Assembly: GCA_051294375.1 (NCBI GenBank) | Contig: CM119271.1 | Span: forward strand, 6,378,188-6,442,187 | Source of the DNA: Paraspadella gotoi | Taxonomy: Eukaryota > Animalia > Chaetognatha | Length of the DNA stretch: 64,000 nucleotides | Direction of reading: 5' to 3' | Part shown: positions 35,743-47,990 of the stretch, piece by piece | Position numbering within the stretch: position 1 is the stretch's first letter | How the letters are laid out: each line of letters begins with the position of its first letter | Position numbers and translations under genes: made by a program | Notes under the pieces: model-generated | The model's input: only the letters and a program-made list of their open reading frames with translations | The model's database searches: none | What the model was told of the DNA's origin: nothing

Positions 35743-36906
35743 AATCACACACTTCCCCCCCTTTGTCATTCACTAACAATTCAGTAACTCCAACATGTGC
35801 CACTCCGCGGAACGTCACTCACTTCTTCGAGTTTGACGGTGAAAAAACAAAGCGCCCCCGCCATTCAATCCTGTCCCTTCCGCGCCGGAATGAGGGGCAC
35901 TGAGGGGCAGGCCCCCTGCCAGTCCCTGCCTCGTATATTTCCGCGACGTCGCATCGCGTTTGCTCGACGAAGTGAGAAGCGCGCGTTTTTTACGAACTCT
36001 TCCCTCGATCGACCTCTCGGGGGAAAATGGGCGGAGAAGCGAGACGAAGAGGCGAGGAGTTTCGGTTCTGATATCTAGATGGAGAAGCATGTAATGTATA
36101 TACTATATATTGAGGGTTAAAAAAGCGAATCGGTTCGAGAGGGAGACATTTTGTCACCCAATTCCTGTACGTAATGAAATTCATTCTCGAGATCGGATTA
36201 AATTTAGAATCGACTTTTCTTCTTCGTAAAAAAAAAACTTGAGACGAATGAAAGAGAAAAATTCAAATCGATTCGTTCACGTTTCGAAGTTGTCATTCTC
36301 CCTCACACACTGACGTCTCATCAATCACGAGTTAGTACTCCCTCAGCTTTACCAAACGCGACATCAGCGATCACCGTTCTCCTTTCATTCCTTCCCCCCG
36401 CCAATCTCTTCTTTTCTTTCTCTCTCTTAACTTATTAAGACTTAAGGATAGACGTTGCACCTCTAGTGAGCTCTACTCTCAACTCGATCCAACGACTTCC
36501 CGCCATTTAAAAAAAAAGATTTTCTCTGGACTCTCGTTTAAACTTAAAAAAAAAATCTAATTCTCCTTGGCTAATAAAGTTTCTCGAATTAAAAAAAGTT
36601 TCTAAGTGCCTTCGACGGGCCATTCGTGTCGCCAATAAAAGAGGCAAACGAGCTGACACTTTCTTTTCTTCTTTTTTACTTTTTCTTTCTTTCACTGATA
36701 ACTCTCTCTTTATCTTTTTTTTTTCCCTTTCTCTCAATTCCTTTTCTCAATCACTAACTTTATTATCTCGCATTTAAGGTAATTTCCACGGACCGCAGTT
36801 AATTTTTTTTTAATCTCCAGAGTCCCTCACAGGATCACACATTACTAATAATATAGTAATATTGTATTTTGCGTAAGTTTCTCTCTTTTCGTTTTTATAA
36901 ATGTAT

Positions 36907-37063
36907 TTAGTGAAGACAAAAGTTTATTTTGTTATTTTTTAATGATAATAAGGACGGACATGTTTCGACTCTTAGGGTTCGAGTCTTCATCTGCACATGT
37001 CCGTCTTTATTATCATTAAAAAATCGTTGTAAAAATAACAAAATAAACTTTTGTCTTCACTAA
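36907..37063. repeat. Local inverted repeat (~57-bp arms) enclosing a degenerate hammerhead motif; probable Penelope-type terminal repeat relic
   Basis: Arm 36907-36963 matches the reverse complement of 36995-37063 apart from a short insertion; the minus-strand loop reads cagatgaa-gactc-gaaccctaa-gagtc-gaaacatgtc. Confidence 0.7.
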
Positions 37064-37238
37064 GTAATATTGTAATATATAGTAATATAGTTGTTTCATA
37101 ATCTTCCCTTTTTTTTTCTTTGAGGACGACATACGACATAAAACTTCTGAGACAAGGTTAAAAATATCAATTTTATTCATTTACTCGATAGTTCCTTTCC
37201 CCCTCTCCTGCAAAGTCTGCACCGATGAACGATTATCC

Positions 37239-37276
<38 letters not shown>

Positions 37277-37307
37277 TAGCTAAACGACCTCTCTCTCCTC
37301 TCTCTCT

Positions 37308-37353
<46 letters not shown>

Positions 37354-37407
37354 CTCTCTCTCTCTCCTCTCTCGTCTCTCTCTCTCTCCCGTTTGTCTTC
37401 CAGAAGC

Positions 37408-37707
37408 TCAAGGATTTTCCTCAAACTTGTGAAGATGCGCCGTTCGGAGAAAGTCGCACACGTTCGACTTCTGCCGGACGATCGCCTCCATGAAAACTTC
37501 CTTCAACTCGGCGATCATCATCTTGGCGGCTTTGACAAGTACCTCCAAGGCGCAACTCTGGATGGCCTCGTAGAAGGACTTGAGGATAATCAACAACGTC
37601 GTCAATCCCAGCCAAGGATTGGCGAGTGATGTATTAATATGTTTATTGTTTAATATTGTTTGTTGTTTAATGTCTAAATTGTCTGTTATTATGTTCGTGT
37701 CGTCCAT
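37408..37707 (-). CDS. Candidate 99-aa ORF of unknown function, possibly a transposon-derived coding fragment
   Basis: aaaATGG start context; the C-terminal two-thirds has strongly G/C-ending codons (ATC CTC AAG TCC TTC TAC GAG GCC ATC CAG...) and an amphipathic helical pattern. The overlapping + strand ORF looks like its antisense shadow. Confidence 0.35.
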   Translation of the reverse strand: MDDTNIITDNLDIKQQTILNNKHINTSLANPWLGLTTLLIILKSFYEAIQSCALEVLVKAAKMMIAELKEVFMEAIVRQKSNVCDFLRTAHLHKFEENP

Positions 37708-38619
37708 TTTTGACCGTCGTTTTGCTGGGGTCTTTAGGGCGCTTTTGTGCGACTCTCTCTCTCTCTTCTCTCCTCTCTCTCTCTCTCTCTTCTCTCCTCT
37801 CTCTCTCTCCTCTCTCTCATCGCTCGTCCCTCTCCCTCACGCTCTCTCTTTCAAAACGACCGTTTGCTCCAAATTGCACCATTTTCTCGCCATTTTCCCG
37901 TCACGAACCAATATTTTCTTTCCCCTTTATTTTCAATGCTCCACTTCCTTTTTGGTTTATTTTTTATGTTTTCCAAATGAAGCAAACATTGTCAATTTAA
38001 GGTTTATCTATAACGACGTCAACTAATTGTTGTTTAGCGCTATCAATAAGTAAACAGCATTGGTTAATTCCGTGACAAAATAGCATTCGTGGCGAGGCGG
38101 ACCGATGACAGAACCCCCTGTTACATCCCTAACACTACGAACATCCGGGAACCTCAAAATAGATGTCGCTTCTTTCCGTCTACATAAAAACAAAAGGCAA
38201 TCGTCAGTCTTTTTTTTTCCCCGCGCGAATCGATTCCCGATTCTCGATTCTTCTTTCCTCGTCTTCGCGTCACTCAAGATGAAGAATATCCTGCTTCGCC
38301 AGAAGGAGCTCGCACTCCTTGATAAATGTAGCATAAACGATCTCTCTCTCTCCCACCACAAAACGATCATCAATCTCTTTCGTACGAGTATCGTTTTTAT
38401 CTCATCCCTCCATCTTCCTTTTTTCCCTTCCTCTTCCTTTTACCTTTCTTCTTTCTCCTTTCTGGTTTCCTTTCTTTTCCTCCCTTTCCTTTTCTTCTCT
38501 TTTCTTTTTCTTTTCTTCTCTTCTCTTCTCTTCCTTCCCAGTTCCCACCGACTCTGTCGAGGGAATTCGTGATTTCGTCCCGGAATCGAAGATTTTTCGA
38601 CGTCACTTGACTCTTTCCG

Positions 38620-38800
38620 GTAAGTGGAGATGGGAACAAGTGGAGATGGGAGAAAAAGGAGATGGGTACAAGTGGAGATGGGAGAAAGGGGAGATGGGAG
38701 AGAACCATGGGACCATGGAAACATGAGACAGGATCAGGGGAGATAAGATGAAGTGGAGATGGGAACAAGTCGAGATGGAAAAAAATTGAGATGGGAGAAA
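38620..38800 (+). repeat. Imperfect purine-rich tandem repeat (aagtggagatggga unit)
   Basis: About seven copies of the g(g)agatggg core with variable spacers. Confidence 0.6.
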
Positions 38801-39824
38801 AAGGAAGGTTGAAGTGGGAAAAAACTAACCATTTTTTTTTCATGGAACGTCGCCTAATGGAGTGCGTCAAGAAAGGTAATATTTATGAAAGTTTATCGCT
38901 CCTTGTAAACAATGTAAAGTGTCAGATTCAATGCCTGTCACATACGTAATGATAGTGTGTGTAGTTTTATTGTTCAACAATTTCTTACTCTCTCTCTCTT
39001 CTCCGTCTGTCGATAATTCCGCGTCTGCCTTTAGCCTGTTTTACGGACGAGGCAAACCGCCATTGTTCCTTTGTTTATGCTTCTTTCCTGCCAGACTTTC
39101 CCGACATCTATTTTCTAATTAAGTTTCTCGACGTACAAACACACAAAAGGGCATTCAATCAAACCATCACACACGGTTATCGAAAAAGAGTCGTACGAAC
39201 GGAAATTCTTTTCTTTTTTTCGACGAGTGGATGTACAATGCCGCTTATGATTATTGTTAATAGTTTAAGCTTAGAAATTATTTAGCTTAGAAATTACTAA
39301 GAAAAGAATTCTGTTTAAAGGTTTAGCAGAAAGTTTCTATAGTAACGTAATTTTTTCTCGTAGCGCTCCAAGCTCCCGGTAAGAAGATGTTTTGCAGACA
39401 CAAAACAAAAGAGACAGAATAAGATGGAGAGAAATGAGAGAAAGAAAGAGACAGAACAGACAGAAGAGACAGAAAAGACAGAAGAGACAGAAAAGACAGA
39501 ATAAGATGGAGAGAAATGAGAGATATAAAGAGAAAGAAAAGAAGTAAAAAGACAGTCTTAGTTTTCGTCACAAACGCGGCGAGACTCGTGCTTTTCATTT
39601 TATTTATAACTTATATGCTGACTGAAATATAACGAATACAACTTATACGCGAAAAATATTTAAATATTTTAATAAAACTTTAAGAGAGAGAAAGACCAAC
39701 CGACCGAAAAGACGACTTATTAAATTGCCTGAAGTAGAGTTAGGAGTTAGTTTTAAGTGTTTAGAATCCAACTTATATTTATTTTTAATCCGGTGGCTGA
39801 ATTTAATGAAAACATTTGGGATGT

Positions 39825-39914
<90 letters not shown>

Positions 39915-40244
39915 GAATCCGGTCCTCCCTTTCCCACTGTCGTCTGGAACTCTCTATTTTACTCATGGGCCCCAATTTCCCTTTAATCGGGATTTTCCCC
40001 GACATGACAGGTCGACGACGACGACGACGACGACGACGTCGACGACAACGACGACGATGACGAGAGCGACAACTACGTCAGCGGAGGCCGTGGCCTGGGA
40101 CGCGGGGCGGGTCAAGGCCAGCGAAGTTCTTAAGGCGGAAAAATGTGATGTGGAAATCTCCGGATTCCATCCAACTTGCATTCATTCTCTTTTCCCTCCC
40201 CCTGCCCCCCCTCCTCTTATCTCTCTTCTCTCCTCTCTCTCCTC

Positions 40245-40278
<34 letters not shown>

Positions 40279-42129
40279 GCTCTCTTCTCCTCTCTCCTCT
40301 CTCTCTCTCTCTCTCTCTCGACTCGATTTTTCTCTTTGTTATAGTTTTTTCCTCTTCTCTTTCTTTTCTTTTTCTATTTCCTTTTCTTTTTTCTTTTCTT
40401 TCTTTCTTTCTTTTCCTTTTCTTTCTTTCTTTCTTTTTCTTTTCTTTTCTTTTCTTTTCTTTTCTCCTGTTTCGTCTTTTTCATTTTGACTTTCTTTCTA
40501 TTTCTTTCCCCTTTTTTTTTTTTTTTTCTTTTTCTTCTTTCTTTTTTCTTTTCTTTTCTCTTTAAAAATCTGCCTCACAAGTTTTTTCCTTTTCTCAGTT
40601 TATCATCCATGCTTTTTCTTTCACTCAGTCTAGCTTCCCTGCTTGTCTTTTTTTTCTCAATCCCAGCTCCATGCTTTACTCTTCCTTCTTCCCTGTTACC
40701 CTTTTTCATTTCCAGCCAATTCTCCCCCCTTTTTGCTTCCTTCCCCCCATCCCTTCTTCCCTTTCCCCCCCATTGCCCCCCGTTATATTCCATTTCTCGG
40801 TTCCTCTATTTGCTCTCCGAGTATTTGCTTTCCATTCTCTCGATTAACCGTAAATTTAACCGACGTCGTCTTCATATTTTTTCGTTCCCCCGGATGCGTG
40901 GTCGTCTCCCGGATGTGCGTGGTCGTCCCCCGGATGCGAAGTCGTCCCCCGGATTAACTTCGGATGTATTTATATATTTGTTATCGTTTGATTCGCGATT
41001 AATGTTTAGAATTGTTTACATTGGAGACGTCCGCCTGGCGACTGTCGTTTGTCGATTGTCCTCGGCCGCCAAAGAGAAGACGCTCGGTCCGGTCTCGTCA
41101 TCCTTGGGTAAGTTTAACTTTCCTCGTTTTTTATTCGCTGTCGATGAGAAAAAAAAAAGAAAAACAAGAAAAGTTAAATACGACATAATAGGTAAAAGGT
41201 AAATCAGTAACCAAGCAAGCCAGCATGAAAGAAAGCATTTAAACAAACGGGCAAGCAAGGAAAAAAAAGTTATATAGAGATCATAATTTTCTTCGCTTGC
41301 TCCGTCTCTTCCTTTTCGTCTTCGTCCTAATAGTTGTCCTTCTCTTTGTACTTCTTTTCTTTGTCCTCTTCCTCTTTGTCCTTCTCTTATTTGTCCTCGG
41401 ATCTGCTTCGCCAGAGAATTCATCCTTGCGCCATAAATTTCTTCACTTCCAAAACTCGAAAAGGGAATTTTTTTTTTCTGATGATGTCGTCGTCTTCGTC
41501 GTCGTTCTTTAATCGTTTGTCGTCGTTGTTGTCCTTTTCCCTTGTCATCGACCTTGTCATCAACTCATCATAGTTCCCACTCAGTCCCGTGTCATCGCAA
41601 CTCCGAGGCGAGTTATCATCGTCGTACTTGTTAAGCTTCTCTTTGTCGTCAACATCGTCACGATCTTTTTTTTTCCCTGCTGACCAGATGGCGTTGATGT
41701 TGTTGTTGTTGTTGTTGTTGTTGTTGTAGAAGGGTCTACAAACTGATACGAACTGACCGAGAGAAACGATGAAGACGACAACAACGACAACGACAACCGA
41801 GGTCACGAGAAGGTCGTCTGAACTGACACCGTTGTCATCATTGTCGTCGTCATCATCGTCATCATCATCATAATTCTCTTTGCAATCCATCACACTCTTC
41901 GTAATCGTCGTCGTCGTCGTAGTCGTTCGACGCCAACGTCGCCCGTCATCGAGAAAAACTAATTAAAGTTCGATTAACAAACGAGGAAAGAATGAAGGGT
42001 AAATAAAAGTGGGAGGGGGGGGACGATGGAGGGTATGGGGCTTAGGGTGAGAGGGTGGGAGGATGGGAGGGTGAGAGGGTGGAAGGGGGTGCACGGTGAC
42101 ACAATTTTTATAGACTTCAATTAGAAAAT

Positions 42130-42516
42130 GGCCTTATTTTCCCAGAACGCCCCATTTGATCTCAAATTCTGAATTAGATTAATATTTAAAGATTAGGTTA
42201 ATGGTTGAGGTTAGGGATTAAAATTTAGGGTTAGAGGTTAGGGTTAAGGGTTTGGGATTAGGTTAGGGTTAAAGATTAAGATTAGAGAATAGGGTTAAGG
42301 ATTGGTTTAATAGTTTAAAAATATATTTAAATTGAATATGAAGGTTATTGTGTTATTTTCTCTCTTTTGGTTGCGTTGGGATTCAGGGAAAAAAGTTTTT
42401 AATTTCAAACAACGATTTGTCAAATAAAAATCGGAATTTAAAATTAAAAATTATTTTTCCTAAATATTAAGGTTAAAAATAAATTCTTATAAGGGGCGCT
42501 CTCGGTTAAGAGCGCC
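42130..42516. mobile_element. MITE-like element enclosing degenerate (TTAGGG)n
   Basis: Imperfect inverted termini cccagaacgcccc (42141-42153) and ggggcgctctcgg (42493-42505); interior 42190-42305 is ttaggg-rich. Confidence 0.4.
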
Positions 42517-42822
42517 GGAAAATCTCTACCAATCTGGCGGAGAAAGGACGAGACGAAAGGGAAAGGACGGGGAGTCGAATGACGCGAGAGGCGAAGAAAA
42601 AAAAAACCCAACGGAATCCATTTAGAAATTAAGAAAAGAAGAAAAGGAATAAGAAAATCGAGATGATAATGTTATTACCTTTTTGTTTAAAATATCTCTT
42701 TACGGCGATTGCCTTTCAAGTTATATAATTTTTATCTTAGGCGGGCGCCAGACTTGGCTCTCGGTCAATGACCTAAAACCGTCGACGCATTCTATTCTTT
42801 TCCAATGGGAAGTATTATCCAA

Positions 42823-42906
<84 letters not shown>

Positions 42907-43317
42907 TGTTACGAGCGAAAATTCTCGTTTCCGTTTGTCCATCGTATTTGCACTCCGTTTCAAAAATAAATATGGAGAGGAAATCAAAAAAAAATATATA
43001 ACGATTGTCAGAAATACATCGATTGCAAAAAGTAGACGGATGGCAAAAAGTGAAATAGATCACAAAAAACTATTGCAAGTTCTTGCAAGTTCTAAATAAA
43101 TTGAAGGCAAAATACCATAGCAAGAAAAAAAAACATTCGAAAACGAAAAAAAAACCAGACATAAAGCGATTACAAAATATTACAATAATTACAACAAAAT
43201 AAAGCATTTAAAAATTTTCTCTAGCGCTTGTTGAGCAATGGCTAATTAATTTTGACCAAAGATTTTTACCAATTCTTTTTCGGCTCAGAAGGTTAAACCA
43301 TCAATGGAGCAGTAACC

Positions 43318-43385
<68 letters not shown>

Positions 43386-43730
43386 TTTGCCGAATCTACG
43401 GGGAGGCAAAACGATTCGTCATGGGCTGACGGTGGAGCCTGTTTGGCGGAGATTAATGGTGGTGGCGGGGGTGGAGGTGGTAGGGGTGGTGAAGGCGGTG
43501 GTGAATTCCATGAATGAGTCATGGGTGAGTCAGGGCTTTGGGAGTTAAGTTTGTGAGGGTTGCAACAATGTAATGGTTAATGTTGTTGAAAATTTTATTT
43601 CTAACATTAACATTGAAGACTCTTGTCTTATCTTTGACCGACTACGGTCGATAGCGAGATTAACAGAAGATTTCAGTCAATTTAAAATAACTGTCTCTTT
43701 TAAGATTGATTGATTGATTGATTGAATAAT

Positions 43731-43797
<67 letters not shown>

Positions 43798-43879
43798 TTG
43801 ATTTATTTATTTATTGATTTATTGATTTATTTATTTTTTTCTCTCTCTCTCTTCAGGAAAGAAGTTTCGCTCGGGTTGT

Positions 43880-43915
<36 letters not shown>

Positions 43916-44438
43916 TTCCTCTCTTTCTTTCTTTCTTCTCTTTCTTTTCTTTCTGTCCTTTACTTTATCTTTCTTTTCCAGCTTTCTTTCTTTCTTTCTT
44001 TCTTTCTTTTCTTTCTTTTTTCTCTTTCCTTCTCATCATCTTCTTTCAGGAGAGGAAAGAGTTCGCCTCGGGGTTGTTTCTTTTCTTTCTTTCTCTTTTT
44101 TCCTTCCTTCTTTTCTTTTCTCTTTCTTTCTTCTTCTTTCCTCCTCTCTCTCGTCTCTACTCATCTCCTCGCTCTCTCCTCCTCTCTCATCCTCTCTCTT
44201 CCTCTCTCTCCTCTCTATCAGAGAGAAAAATCTTGCTTTAAATTTGGTGGTCGAAGGAAAAAAAAAAAAAAAAAGATTTTATTGGTAGAATCGAGAATCG
44301 ATTTTTTCAAAGTCAAGAAACAAAGAATTCCTTATTTTTTCCGCCCCTTTTCCGAGAAAACCCGACAATCATTTCCTCGAAATGAAGCAAAGAAAGCTGA
44401 AATTTTTGGGGCCTCTCTGAAATTTTTGGGGCCTGCTC

Positions 44439-45703
44439 NNNNNNNNNNNNNNNNNNNNNNNNNAAAAAAAAAAAAAAAGATTTTATTTGTATCGAGAATC
44501 GATTTTTCAAGTCAGAAACAAGAATTCCTTCTTTTTTCCCCCTTTTCCGAGAAAACCCGACATCATTTCTCGGAAATAGAAGCTGAAATTTGGGGCCTCT
44601 CGTCCTCCATGAGGCGAACGGAAATCCCGCGGGACGTACGCACGTAGGAATGTACGAGCGTACGATGTGAAGATCGGGACGAAGGATTAAGGGCGAATTG
44701 GGATGGACGTACTGACTGCGCGGAGGGTTCGATTCGAANNNNNNNNNNNNNNNNNNNNNNNNNNNNNNNNNNNNNNNNNNNNNNNNNNNNNNNNNNNNNN
44801 NNNNNNNNNNNNNNNNNNNNNNNNNNNNNNNNNNNNNNNNNNNNNNNNNNNNNNNNNNNNNNNNNNNNNNNNNNNNNNNNNNNNNNNNNNNNNNNNNNNN
44901 NNNNNNNNNNNNNNNNNNNNNNNNNNNNNNNNNNNNNNNNNNNNNNNNNNNNNNNNNNNNNNNNNNNNNNNNNNNNNNNNNNNNNNNNNNNNNNNNNNNN
45001 NNNNNNNNNNNNNNNNNNNNNNNNNNNNNNNNNNNNNNNNNNNNNNNNNNNNNNNNNNNNNNNNNNNNNNNNNNNNNNNNNNNNNNNNNNNNNNNNNNNN
45101 NNNNNNNNNNNNNNNNNNNNNNNNNNNNNNNNNNNNNNGTCATCTTTGCGCCAAAACTAGAATAATCTGCGGATCAAGGATGGAAGACTTTCCAGAATTC
45201 GTAGTCGTTATCAATTGGTTTTACATATATTTTTAATTCTATTTATTTATTAATTTATTTTATTCGTTATTAGTTATGATTTTATCTCATAATTCATGTG
45301 TGGCTGGATTCACAGTCCATTATTCGAATCTAACGTTGGAGCTCACGATTGAATTATATTTGGAATGATATCATTTGCCTGGTCGCCCGTCGTAGGTTGG
45401 CGCTTGCCGATCGCCGGTTGCCGGGCGCCGGATAACGGTTGCCGGTTGCCCGTCATATTTTGTCCGGCAGTTCCTGTCTCTTCCACTGACGATTTCTCAA
45501 GAGACGAGTTACAGAATTGAGTACCAGGTCCGGGGACAGANNNNNNNNNNNNNNNNNNNNNNNNNNNNNNNNNNNNNNNNNNNNNNNNNNNNNNNNNNNN
45601 NNNNNNNNNNNNNNNNNNNNNNNNNNNNNNNNNNNNNNNNNNNNNNNNNNNNNNNNNNNNNNNNNNNNNNNNNNNNNNNNNNNNNNNNNNNNNNNNNNNN
45701 NNN

Positions 45704-45737
<34 letters not shown>

Positions 45738-46509
45738 TCTCTTTTCCTTTTTTCTTTTTCAAGGTCAACCAGTAGCCTTCGTTTAACGCCTTGGACCTTA
45801 AAAGAAAAAGAAGTGAGAGGCGTAGAGAGAGNNNNNNNNNNNNNNNNNNNNNNNNNNNNNNNNNNNNNNNNNNNNNNNNNNNNNNNNNNNNNNNNNNNNN
45901 NNNNNNNNNNNNNNNNNNNNNNNNNNNNNNNNNNNNNNNNNNNNNNNNNNNNNNNNNNNNNNNNNNNNNNNNNNNNNNNNNNNNNNNNNNNNNNNNNNNN
46001 NNNNNNNNNNNNNNNNNNNNNNNNNNNNNNNNNNNNNNNNNNNNNNNNNNNNNNNNNNNNNNNNNNNNNNNNNNNNNNNNNNNNNNNNNNNNNNNNNNNN
46101 NNNNNNNNNNNNNNNNTATTAAATATTTTAGCGGAATTAAATCGGTGATTCCAAAGGTAATAATGAATTTTCCGATTCCCCCGCCCAAAAAAAAAAATTT
46201 TAATGGAAAAATCATTAAAAATGCATCGCTTTTTTCGAATTACTGAATAAATAAAATAATTCGTTAATTAAAAAAAATTTCTCTAGAAATAATTTCATCG
46301 CCGGAACGAGAGAGAGAGAGAGAGAGAGAGAGNNNNNNNNNNNNNNNNNNNNNNNNNNNNNNNNNNNNNNNNNNNNNNNNNNNNNNNNNNNNNNNNNNNN
46401 NNNNNNNNNNNNNNNNNNNNNNNNNNNNNNNNNNNNNNNNNNNNNNNNNNNNNNNNNNNNNNNNNNNNNNNNNNNNNNNNNNNNNNNNNNNNNNNNNNNN
46501 NNNNNNNNN
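44439..46509. other. Cluster of assembly gaps (N runs 44439-44463, 44739-45138, 45541-45703, 45832-46116, 46333-46509); further gaps at 61057-61240 and 62388-62412
   Basis: N characters; several gaps abut (GA)n tracts. Confidence 0.98.
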
Positions 46510-46544
<35 letters not shown>

Positions 46545-47954
46545 CAGAACGAATAAAGGGGAGGATGGGAATATAAACAATAAAAATGGTAAACAAAAAA
46601 AAAGTAAACAAACAATAAAACGGCTGAACAAACAGAGAAGATAAGGAATCTCGGCCGGAAATCGTCTTTTTTTTTAAACTCGCGCCGAAACGCTGAATTT
46701 AATTAGACGATTTTCGGTCTGTCTGTCTGTCCGTAAATAACATTTTAAAAAGAGAAGAAGATATTTTCGTTTTTAAGGCTTCGATGAGAAAGATGCGAGA
46801 TCGAAGAGACTGCGGATAAGGAGAATATTATTAATTAATCTATACTAAACTTTAACGAACGACAGTGCCGCGCGATTGATTGAACGATATTGAAAGAGTC
46901 CGGGTTTTTTTTTTCCTTTCGTTCGCGTCTTAAACTGGATTTTTCTTTTTTTATAAATTTGGATCTCCGCTTTTGGATTTCGTCTTCTGCAGAAACGTCT
47001 CCCTCGTGGTTCGTCGCCGTCGATCCTGCTCGGTTCAACCTTCTTCGCTAAAATATCTCAAATTTACTGAATAGAAAGAGTTGTTTAGGATAATATTAAT
47101 ACAGATCTAACGCACACAATATCTGTTCCCATTCTGCCTCATCATTTATAGTTTGAACCTTGTCATTGAAAATTCGGCCACACACTCAGACAGACAGACA
47201 GACAGACAGACAGACATACTGACGGACCCATTCGGGCGTTGTTTGTTTGTTTTTATTTTTCTGTTTTGTTGTCTTTTTGTCTTATGTCTTTTTGTTTCGC
47301 TTTTTCTTTATCTGACTTTTTCCAACACTTTTCCCGGCGACTCTTTTAAGACCTTTTTTCCCGCGCTTGTTTTTTCTTTTTGTTTTTTTTTTTTGTTTTT
47401 TTGTTTTTGTTTTTGTTTCTTACGTTTTTATTTTCCTACTTTTTTTTCTCTTTCTCACTTTGTTTTTTGTTGAGTCTTACCCGTGGTTATTACCACGGTC
47501 TGACGTTTCGGCTGATTTTATGGCAACCACCACTATTTCAATGAGAAAGATCGGACGCAGAGAGAAGCGAGATGAGGTATGAGACTGAGAGAGATGAGAC
47601 GATTTAGAGAGAGAGAGAGGACATTAGAGAAGTATACAGAAAAGGACTGAGAGACTCCCACTTCTGAGGGTCTAGAAAACTCCGGCGGCTGTTTTTTTCG
47701 GTCTTGAACGGCGTACTTATGAAGACGACGACGACGAAGAAAAGACGGACTGACAGTTTGGTGATAACGAACGACGATCCTGGAACAAATGCGAGGAAAT
47801 GACGACGACACGACGACGCACTACTACGACGACGACCTCCGTGTATGGATACCGATAGTCTGGAAAAACGGTCCCGCTTGGGAGAGAGACGAGAGACGAG
47901 AAGAGGGTGAGAGAGAAAGAGAGAAGATAGATTGGGAGAGAGAGAGATAGGGAG

Positions 47955-47990
<36 letters not shown>

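Noticed and set aside
41420-41893. 157-aa acidic ORF with a hydrophobic stretch resembling a membrane protein
   Set aside because: Built from (GAC), (GTC) and (AAC) triplet repeats; no splice or codon evidence.
44258-44600. Direct repeat on both sides of the 25-N gap at 44439-44463
   Set aside because: Copies differ mainly by indels and flank a 25-N spacer; most likely an unmerged contig overlap.
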